From Azolla caroliniana (Eukaryota > Plantae > Polypodiophyta), in assembly GCA_043228905.1 (NCBI GenBank), contig JBHGNT010000021.1:682001-746000 (forward strand): a stretch of 64,000 nt of DNA. Direction: 5' to 3'. The notes under the pieces were generated by a model. That model was not told the DNA's origin, made no database searches, and worked only from the letters and a program-made list of their open reading frames with translations. Shown piece by piece: positions 54,035 to 64,000 of this stretch (within the stretch, counting starts at the first letter, position 1; each line of letters starts with the position of its first letter). Made by a program: the position numbers and the translations under genes.

Positions 54035-56199
54035 GCCCCTCTCTCTTTGTTTTCTTCTTCTTCTTTCCTCTCTTGCCTTTTGTAAATTTATTACTTGTAG
54101 CCACACTCTTGTATATTTGGTGCATAGTTTTGATATGTAAAAGTACGTTTGCTCTGTGTTATTAACGCAATTTAAAACAATAGCATTTATATATGTATGG
54201 TGGGCACAAGCATTGGGAGGTTTGCTTTTTCAATTGAGAAGAAATAGCCAACAAATTCTAATCGTTAGACGTTAGATTGCCGGATAGGGAAGACCATGTG
54301 GTTTTCGACGACGTAAATGGAGATAACTTGATTCAGTTTTGTCAAACATGTGTAGATCTTCTTAATTGGGAATTGAATTAAGTGTCCCATAGAATCCATT
54401 TTGTTTGGGGCATCAATTTGCCAAATTTATGCTAAAAACCAAAACACATTGGACTTGGTTTTCTAACGAAGTTTTCTAACTTTTGCACAAATATTAGCAC
54501 TACTACTTTGTTTGTTGCTAGAGTGGTTGAACATATATACATATTGTTTTACAAATACTCCCTCCCTTACTTGACACGATAGACTAGACGCATGGAGTCA
54601 TTTATTGCAATCTCATTCGGGATTTATGATGAAACCAGTAAATATAGATTCACTTCAATTATTATGAGTAAATTATGCTCATAAATCAAGCAATTTTCCC
54701 AATTTTACAAACTTATTAGCATCGTAAGAAAGCTCAATAGATTTTTAATTTATTGGTTTTCTTAAATACACCCCTTTTGTTAATCATAATATTAGATCTA
54801 CTACCCCTAGTATTTTGAACACATCAAAATTCCCATCGCGAACTAATAAGAGTAGTGTAATTTAGGATAATTCATCATGAATAATTTCTCTCCCCCCAAC
54901 CCCCTCTCTCATATATCACAATAACTATTTAGTGGACATTAAATAAATAAATAAATAAATATATATATATATATCAAACTCTCTCCGTTCTGGATGTAAC
55001 AAGTGGTAAGCCAAGCTTGGCTAGAGAGAGAGAGTGGTGAGAGCAATTGACACTTCCACTAGTAAAGTGTGCATTATTGGAAAAAGAGTGAAGATAATGT
55101 GGCGTGGCTTGGCCAATTTTTTTGTGAAAGGAAGTGTTATACTTACCTTGGTGTTAGGATCTATGGTCAATTGGAATACAAAATATAGGTTGTTGTTCAA
55201 TCTCCGTGGAGTATCGGGACAATATGAAAGAATTTTAATTAGCCTAATCTTGCGACTAAGCTTTGTGAGCACCTTGTCCTCGACTGAGTAGCTTCTATGT
55301 GAACTAGTCTTACAATGCTTCATATGGTGGACCTTCTCATAATATCTTCATTATTGTGGTAGAAATTATGGTTTAAATTTTGCTAGTCCTAAGTCTCTCA
55401 CATATATACTTAGTCTTTGAAGGTTCATTGTAGGCCGTCCCAATTGTCATTTCCCTTCAAACTATCCTAGACATAGAGCGAAGCAAAGATGCATCAAAGG
55501 TAAAGTACATAGAAAAATTATCATTCAAGATGGTTTTTTTTTTCCCTAAATGAAGTTACTTTCCCATTAGTTAGGAAGGATTATTACAAAGAGATTGTAC
55601 AAGGAGACTTATACATAGATCGGGGAATCTCCCTCCGATCAAGTTCAAGAAAACGAGACTAGTTACATCGCCTTTCGGACTGACTACTTAATGTAAGTAC
55701 CTATAGCTAAAAACGGTGCCCTTCAATGATGGCTAGTACGAGACAACTCCTTGGGCCGACAGCGAAGGGAGGGTGGTAAGTGAATTGTTGCAACTTGCTA
55801 GAATATATCAATGACATGATGCATTCAAGGAGTGACAATTTTGATAATTCAATATGATATAGGGATAGAATTGACAATCATTAATTGAGGGTTACTTCAA
55901 TATATTCCCAACATTTTATTGTGATACTTGACCATTGCATCGTCTTGTTTTCTCACACATGTGTCTTAGTTACAATACGAGAGTGATATGGAGGTTTGTT
56001 GTTCATGTATTTATAGGAAAGGATGAGAACATACCACATAAGGCTATTGTCCCCATGTAAAGAACGTGCATAACTAGTGATGTTGGATGGGGTAGATCCT
56101 TCACATTATCATGTATTATTTGTGCATATATTCATACATAACATACATTAATTTTTGAATTTATTAATCATGTATAAATGATGATTGCAACTGAGTCAT

Positions 56200-56294
56200 G
56201 GTCACTCAATTTGGCCATTCTATTGACAACAATTCAATAGCCATCAACAAATGCTATTGAATTATTGTCAATAGAATGGTCAAATTGAGTGATC
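56200..56294. repeat. Near-perfect hairpin (42-bp stem, 11-nt loop)
   Basis: GGTCACTCAATTTGGCCATTCTATTGACAACAATTCAATAGC pairs with GCTATTGAATTATTGTCAATAGAATGGTCAAATTGAGTGATC. Confidence 0.9.
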
Positions 56295-57474
56295 AAAATT
56301 ACCATTGCATAAACCGTATATTCATGACAACTACAAACAATGTTGTGTATTATAGATGGCTTGTCTTATTGTCAATGTCTAACAAGATTGGAATTATTTG
56401 TGCATTGTGTACAAATTTGTGCAATTAATTGACAAACGATTAGATTTGTTAAAGTTGACAAGCAATTAGTCATGATTAGCTCATTAAAATATCGAAGTGT
56501 TACATATCCATTTATAGTTATTTATTCAAATAGAATATACCTCTTGGTTGAAAGAGCTTGTTGAGTGTTGAGTACTAGCTATTGAAACTCAACCTTTGTG
56601 GAATGAATCAAATGCCATATCTAAAATAAAGTTAAGCCTTCTAGTGTGTTAAAAAATGGTCGACGTCCACCTACAAACACGAGTATGATGAGTGCAAAAG
56701 AGACATCTCAAAGTAAAATGGTGCATGTATATGTGAAAAATTGGGAGAAGTTTGATAATATCCCTTGCGTGTAGGGGATAGTAACAATAGTGGCCTCGAG
56801 AAGTTCATACATACCAATACATGTGTTATCAATGACTAGTTAAAAGTGCGTCCAATGTTGCATGAATGGTTTAAACACTCAAAAGAACCATTAACATGAT
56901 CAATCAAGTAATGAAGAGAAGTAATTCCATACTTAGTCATAATTAACGAATGAGAAAGATGACTATGTACATTAATATAATCGAAGATGAATTATCTATT
57001 ACAATGGGATTTATGACGGGAAGACGGAAGAAGTAGAAACTACTTACTTGGGTGCAAGTGTCCTTCCTAATCGTAGGATGTAGCATGGACCATTGGTCCA
57101 ATTGCACACAAACCATCTATAGATGAAATTTCAAGATCACTACAAAGGCCCTAAGATTTACATACGAGTTAAAATATACAAGAATGATTGCTCTTAATGC
57201 TACTTGTCCTGTCACAGAGGTGATGTAATCAAAGTTGATAATTGCACCTAGGTTATTGAGCTCTCTTTTTGTAATCATAGTTCTATCAAGAGAAAGATTG
57301 TGATTAGTGGAGGAACAAAGAGTGTGAATTCTAGAGAGAGGAGTAGAAGTTGACTGTAATAAGAGTATCATTGAACTGTTTTAATTACATTTACTAGTTT
57401 GGCTAGAGCATGGGAGGTTTGATATTACCCTTGATATGAGGGATATATTTCATAAATTCCATTCCTAACATGAC

Positions 57475-57559
57475 TATTTAGAGACTAGGAACAACAACAA
57501 ATATATTGGATTCCAAAAAACAAGCCAATATATTCTTTGTTGTTCCTAGTCTCTAAATA
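57475..57559. repeat. Near-perfect hairpin (35-bp stem, 15-nt loop)
   Basis: TATTTAGAGACTAGGAACAACAACAAATATATTGG pairs with CCAATATATTCTTTGTTGTTCCTAGTCTCTAAATA. Confidence 0.9.
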
Positions 57560-58813
57560 AATAAATAAATATGTATGTATATATCTTGGTTTAATAGTAA
57601 GTTTCACATTTCAAAAGACCCACTTGTCAAATTAGCAACACACTCTCTAGTTTCTGCATTGTGGTTAGATTAGATGCTCCTTTAGGGCAAAAGCAATATC
57701 TCTTTCATTGTTTTAATTGGTTGTTTAGAGAGAGAGAGAGAGAGAGCATGTACGAAAGGTAACTAGAGATGAGATATAAAGTAGAGCATTTCGTATATGA
57801 AAATAAGGTGTAAGAAGGCGGTCTTTTGAGTGACACAATTTCTACCAATGACACATGAGAGGAAAATAAATACATTTGACACATAATTTGTTGGAAGGGT
57901 GGATTGGTGTGCCAATATGGTTTTATTGTTTAGGAAAGGAACTCATGACAACATTCACATGACCCATGCTAACAATGACAACATCACATGAAAACAATGA
58001 GAACACCTTATCGATGCATGACGATATCACATACATACGTGCGTCAAAATAATAAATATCTTAGACGACCTGAAAAACGGTTAACATCACATGAATGCCC
58101 CCCCCCCCCATTGCCAACAACCATCACATAACTCATGCCAAGAGCCATCATCACATGGTAGCATGACCTATGTATGTATGTATGTATGTATGCATGCATG
58201 CATACATGCATGTATGGTACTACGACAAGCATCGATCACATTTCAACACCATCACATGAGCCATGAGGTACCATTGTCCAAAAAGACCTTTTAATGTTGT
58301 GTGTCAAAGTGGGTCATAATGTTGTCATCTTGGCAACACCTCTTCTTAATTGCTTCCTTTTATTGCTCATCATGCTAACCATATATTCTCTCTATGTATG
58401 TATGTATGTATGTATGTATGTATATATTTACATAATGAAGGGGCTTGGGATATGGATGGCCAAAGAAAGAGAGAGAGAGAGAGAGAAGTTAAATTAAGTT
58501 AAGTTAAGTTAAGGTGAGAAACAGGGGAGAGACAGACAAGACAGACTTCACTTAACGTGCGCGTCCTGAGGCTCGATCCCTCCAAACTACGATTTGGGTT
58601 CTTCTCCTTCAGTCATCCGCCTCTCGATTCTCGTCCTGGGCCGCCGTCTGATCTTTCACCTGTGCGTGCCTGTGGGGTTTGCCATTTCGAAGCAGGAGCT
58701 ATGACCAGAAGAATCCATGGCCCACATTCAAGAGAAACTGCGGTTTGGATCCTTTTATTTCAGTCGTTTCCATCGCGGTTCCTTTGAATTCCAGAGCGAA
58801 TCGTTCTCAATCG

Positions 58814-60103
58814 ATGGCTTTGTTCACCTCTGAGACAGGCCCAGATCAGAGGAGTGGGCTTAGACTATGTAATCGAGATTCTTCTTCATCCACAACAGTG
58901 TCTAAAAACACATTCAAACCTAAGGTTATTGATAGTGAATCTTCCTTGATTCTCCCCTGCAGGTCATGTGGTGGATCTAACCCATTTAACCGTGGTTCAT
59001 TAGAGAAAGAAGAAGAAGAAGAAGAAGAAGAAGAAGAAGAAGAAGAAGAATTGGATCCAGAGCTATGGAGAAGGATCCCCACTGAGCTTCTCGAACGAAT
59101 AGTTGCAAAGCTTCCGGTTACTTCTATTCTCCGGTTCCGATCGGTTTGCCGAAGATGGAACGAGATTCCATTTGACAAGAAATTCCATGAGATGCAACCA
59201 CATCTCGTTGGTGCTTGCCCTCCTTTCCTTAGTCCAGAGAGTGATATCTTATATATAGAAGGCTCCGGAAAATGGAAATCCATCCCTTTCCATTTCTTGC
59301 CTTCCAAAGATGTAATCCTCGAGGGCTCGGGTGGGGGTCTTCTCTTACTATCTAAAAGTAACCTCGTTAGTCGCCTTGTGGAGGCATTTTTCATATGTAA
59401 TCCTATCACTAGACAGTGGTTTGAACTGACCCGAGGTCTAGTTCGGTTTGTTAGCATGGCTTGCATTGATGTCGATCACCATAGTCTCGATTTCAATATA
59501 GTTGTGGCTGGCTGGATAGATCGGTTCGATCGCCACATGGGCCGATCACCATTGATTGAGATCTATGACTCCACCATTCGTGCATGGAGTGTTAGGCTAG
59601 ATTCTTGGGATGACAACTTCTTTCAGCTCCGTGGAGTTGCATTGCTTCAGGGCACGCTCTACTTAGCCGTTTATTCGAGGAATTTCAATGGTCTTAAAGT
59701 GTTATCCTTGCACATCCGTGATCGGACCACGAAAGTGTGTGGAGAATTTGGGGATGGATCCAAGTTCCATTGTTTTGGGCAATACCGCGGAAATCTCACT
59801 GCCGTGGTGCAAAGGCCGGTGATCAGAGTGATAGAGATATGGCAACTTAAACAACAAGAGAATGCAATGCTGAAGTGGGTAGTTGTGGATAGGTTGGCTG
59901 AGGAAAAGCTTAGTGCATTCTCAACTGCCGCAATTGCCGGAGGCTTTCTGTTTTTCAACTATTACGATGAGCCTATTGCTCTCTATGATCTTCGTGATCA
60001 ATCATGGCAATGGGTTGATTTCCCTCCAGGACGCAAGTATTGGGTAGGGGTGCGCCCATTGGCATTCCAACCGAGCTTTGTGCCGCTTAAGTGGAAACAA
60101 TGA
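58814..60103 (+). CDS. F-box protein with C-terminal kelch/FBA-like beta-propeller, single exon
   Basis: LDPELWRRIPTELLERIVAKLPVTSILRFRSVCRRWN F-box after a poly-Glu tract encoded by (GAA)n; GSGGGLLL, FFICNPITRQWFEL, EIYDSTIRAW, LYDLRDQSW..FQPSF. First in-frame ATG at 58814. Confidence 0.9.
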   Translation: MALFTSETGPDQRSGLRLCNRDSSSSTTVSKNTFKPKVIDSESSLILPCRSCGGSNPFNRGSLEKEEEEEEEEEEEEEELDPELWRRIPTELLERIVAKLPVTSILRFRSVCRRWNEIPFDKKFHEMQPHLVGACPPFLSPESDILYIEGSGKWKSIPFHFLPSKDVILEGSGGGLLLLSKSNLVSRLVEAFFICNPITRQWFELTRGLVRFVSMACIDVDHHSLDFNIVVAGWIDRFDRHMGRSPLIEIYDSTIRAWSVRLDSWDDNFFQLRGVALLQGTLYLAVYSRNFNGLKVLSLHIRDRTTKVCGEFGDGSKFHCFGQYRGNLTAVVQRPVIRVIEIWQLKQQENAMLKWVVVDRLAEEKLSAFSTAAIAGGFLFFNYYDEPIALYDLRDQSWQWVDFPPGRKYWVGVRPLAFQPSFVPLKWKQ

Positions 60104-61355
60104 ATGATCTTCTTCACATTATTTGAAGTTAACATCATTGTGGATGGAAGCGGGGGGGAGAGATGGTGAACGTTTCCGCTTAACAAGGATAGTTATTGTT
60201 GGGCAAATCCTTTTGACTATAATTGTAGAACAATCTCAGCATCCACAGATTCAGATGTAAATAGTTAGGCTCACCTCCATTAAAGAGGCCCGAAATATTG
60301 CACCAACATTTTTTGATTACATGCCCAAAAGCATGTTGTGTATCTTCTAGTTCCATTGGGTTGCATTTTGTATGATTATGATGCCTTAGAAACACACACA
60401 CTCACACATACTCTGTCTCCCAATTATTGAACTGATCAATGTGATTCGTTTCATTCGAAATTATTTAATCTTGGTGTGTTATACACAATTCAGATCATAG
60501 ATATGATGGAGAGTGTCTTCTATTGATCATATATATATATACTTTCTTTCCTTTCCATATATTCTTGTGTTTAACAATAATAGTTTCTGTTTGCTGGAGT
60601 GTGTGAGGAAGCACTGGACGTGGGACATGGCCTTTGCATATGCATTACTTGATGATGAGACAATTTAGATAATGCAAGCATGTTTGGCTTATTTACCCAA
60701 GGTCTCTAGAGACACTTTATGTAGACCCTACTTTTTGTGTATATTTTGTGGGTTTTTAAAATAAGTTTAGAAGACAGAAACGGTCTCAAAGTTTTGGAAG
60801 CTAGATGATACATGGAAATTTCAAGGGGATATCATGCCACCATATATTTGACGGGAAGTGAAGAACTACTTAGGGTTTAGACAACAAGAAGCTGATGATC
60901 TTATTTATACTTGCAATTTCCCTTCTCATATTAGGCCTTCTTCACATATAGACTATAGCCTAAAATGTAGTGATTGTGCAAATCCTTATATCATCGAACA
61001 AGATTTGGAAGATTATCTCCTTGTTCCTTTTACCAATTGGAAACCTTATTGCATGGATATTTTCCTCACATTTTACAAGTGACATCCAAACCCTTAAATT
61101 GCTCAACGTCATTAAAGCTAGATGTTAGTATCATGAAAGTGGGGTTGAATGTTTGCTCTCTTTAATTTTGGTTATCCACATTTCATGAAGACGTATGCAT
61201 TTTAGATGGACTTCTCAAAAAATGAAATGTGTGATTTTATGTATACATTTTAGATTATAGGGAGTGATACATTGTCAATGGTTTTTGCACGATTACATTA
61301 CACTACCAATCTCCTTCTTTCCCTTTTCTCTTTTATTCTCCGTTTGGATGTTGGC

Positions 61356-62425
61356 TTAGGTCCATGAGAATTTGCACATAACCATACATCATATACAACA
61401 AAGAAAATGAATTATTAATTTTAGTAAGGCACATACCCACAAAAACAATTTTGGTAGTTCCTAATGTTTTGCTCACTTTTTCAATAAGTTAAGAAAAATA
61501 ATCTAAATGATAGAAAAAAAGAATTGAAATGCTAGAAAAGATTAAAATATTAGTCATCTATTTTCTACACTTTTCAAGGTTTTGTAACCTATCGATTGGC
61601 CCAACCACTTATATTTAGCATGTCCAAGAACTTTGTTCTTGTTATATCGCCATTGTCTATGATACATGAGAAGATGATGAAATGGATTGATGGATTTGAT
61701 AAGACAAGAGAAAAGGGAATGAATAATGGCATTAATATTCACAAGGGAGAGGGTACTTTGTAGGTGAATTGTGGATGGCATGGTTGTCGTGCTTGTAAGC
61801 TTGTGTGTGGGTTGAGTTACCTCATCTACAAGTTTTCAAGCACATAACTTCAAGATTGAATCAACCATGGCAAGGATTAAACTTAGGTTCATTATATCAC
61901 ATGTGTAAAATTGATTCAACCCACACACAAGCTTGCAAGCACAACAACCATGCCATCCACAATTCACCTACAAAGTACCCTCTCCCTTGTGAATATTAAT
62001 GCCATTATTCATTCCTTTTTCTCTTGTCTTATCAAATCCATCAATCCATTTCATCATCTTCTCGTGTATGATAGGCAATCACAATATAATAAGAACAAAG
62101 TTCTTGGACATGCTAAATATAAGTGGTTGGGCCAATCGATAGGTTACAAAACCTTGAAAAGTGTAGAAATAGATGACTAATCTTGTAAACTTTTCTAGCA
62201 TTTCAATTCTTTTTTTCTATCAATTAGATTATTTTTCTTAACTTATTGAAAAAGTGAGCAAAACATTAGGAACTATCTAAAAGTTCTCAAATGTCGTGGG
62301 AATTAGTCATCAAGGTTATAAATGGCCCAAAATTGTTTTCATGGGTATGCGCCTTACTAAAATTAATAATCCATTTTCTTTGTTGTATATGATGTATGGT
62401 TATGTACAAATTCTCATGGACCTAA
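61356..62425. repeat. Long inverted repeat (arms ~460 and ~510 bp, spacer ~97 bp)
   Basis: 61356-61817 is the near-exact reverse complement of 61915-62425; the right arm has an extra ~50 bp at ~62278-62327. The same spurious ORF appears on both strands (61554..61781 and 61911..62180). Confidence 0.95.
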
Positions 62426-64000
62426 ATGATCAAGCATCTCCCTAATAATAGTTTACATAGTCTCATAACACAAGAATTAGTTTTAATGCAAGTGTTTGAA
62501 GCCAAAATTCTTCCTTGCATTCATAATGTTAAGTTACATTTTATTTTATGCAAGGGAAAACAACAAATGTTGAATTAGTTGGGAATCAATGAAAATGACA
62601 AAAGTACGCTACAAAAGCGCTATTTGAACGTATTGCCTTAAAAAATCATGCAATAGAATTTAGACGCCCCCATCACATCGATCTAACAAATGATTGATTC
62701 TAGACTAAGGACATTACCTTATTAAAGTGATAGAATCAAAGCTAATTGAAACATTGAGATCTTGGTTTCTCATCTCATTATAATAATCTAATTTGAACTT
62801 ACGACATGGCTTCACCAATTCAACTGCTCCATGACCCAAGGAGTGAAAACAACAAATTTGGCTCATAAAAGTCAATGCCAAATGCAACTTTCCAATTTCA
62901 CTTCACATAACTAACCAACACTATATAAGGTATCCCAAAATTTGCTTGACAATTTCCCTTTTCGCACCTTGATGGGTAATTGGGACAATTTAAGCAAAAA
63001 TATTCTCACAAAATCCATGAGAAGTGCATATCAAGCATATCTAAAGTGCAACAAATTACGGAGGGTAGTGAGATTTGAAACTAGCTAAATAAGTTAATGA
63101 AAAATTGACTTACCTCTACGTTCTCAAATACCTCAATTTCTCGCTAAATGTTAATGGTGGAGTACATTGCTGAAGATAGGGGGAGATGAGCACTACCTTA
63201 CTGGCGCATAAATCGGATGGAGCAAGCTCAACATTGTTGTGGTGTAGAAAGTTGTGCTTGGTAATGGAAAATGAGTAACATTCAATGATACATAAACAAT
63301 TGGTCACACTTTAAATAGTTAAAATCTTGCTCATTCAAACTTTCTCAAGGGACTCTAACGCCACTTTGAGTAATTGCACAAGTGTTGTTTTGATATATGC
63401 CCATACAAAAAATCTACAGAAGATGAAAGCCATAAAAGTCAAAATGGCTCGGTATGATGATCTCATGCATGAACAAGGTTAGGACCTCAATTCAATATCT
63501 CAACTAGTAATAGAGAGATGTCAAGGCCCTCTCTTAGACCATGTAGAACTATGACCTAAATCCAACTTGAACTACACGATTGGTAACGACGACACTTCGC
63601 ATGGATACGTGTTAGACCATTCGGGATAGTGTTCACCTTTTCAATGAGTTGCGCAAGCTTCACTTTTCTAATTGATGTTGGCCAACACTTTGAACCGTGC
63701 GTTAGGTACACATCACAAAAAAAATGGTTTAAAGATCAATCAATCACTAACGGATTTGTCCACACCCCATGGAAACACTTTTTAACCATGCTTTTGGTAC
63801 ACATTGTAATTTTCCTGACCACTCACACTCCAATAGATTTGCCCACGTTCCATGGAAACATCAGTATGGCTAGAAATGAATCAACTTTTTTAAGTCACAC
63901 GAAGTTGATTGACACAAGGTTCACATTTCGAACTGAAAATTGTCAAGCCATTCAAGCCATGCCGTAGGTACACCTTAAGAGCACTCTCTCTATACAGAGA

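Noticed and set aside
57945-58330. Weak inverted match ATGACAACATT..ATGACCCA / TGGGTCATAATGTTGTCAT
   Set aside because: Probably an old MITE; termini and TSD cannot be defined.
58679-58813. TTG-started N-terminal extension of the F-box ORF
   Set aside because: A non-ATG start is unlikely in a plant nuclear gene; the first in-frame ATG is at 58814.
61554-62180. Twin ORFs on opposite strands
   Set aside because: A mirror consequence of the inverted repeat; no recognisable domain.
62500-64000. Short ORFs and possible decayed TE or gene fragment
   Set aside because: No recognisable motif in any frame.

Overview
Eukaryotic land-plant nuclear DNA with intron-rich genes, AT-rich intergenic DNA and many TE relics. 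A fern or other seed-free plant is my guess and cannot be proven from this window. The first ~10 kb is a nested TE block: a near-intact RTE/RTE-X-like LINE with a (TTTC)n tail, a minus-strand Ty1/copia element, an opposite-strand copia 3' remnant whose LTR carries an L1-like insertion, and an old copy of the same LINE family. Six host genes follow: a WD40-type II inositol polyphosphate 5-phosphatase (-), an A-type cyclin (-), an ABCG half-transporter (+), a plant BRCA1/BARD1-like RING-ePHD-2xBRCT gene (-), a dirigent-like protein (+) and an F-box protein (+). The most notable unexplained structures are: a ~430 bp (CATGGG)n G-quadruplex-type array with 8 AACGG cores just upstream of the cyclin; a ~2.4 kb degenerate ~60 bp array filling BRCA1 intron 1; duplicated splice donors in two genes; two GC-AG introns in the cyclin; a ~1.07 kb near-perfect inverted repeat; and two pre-miRNA-sized hairpins. 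Exon boundaries were read by eye and are predictions.
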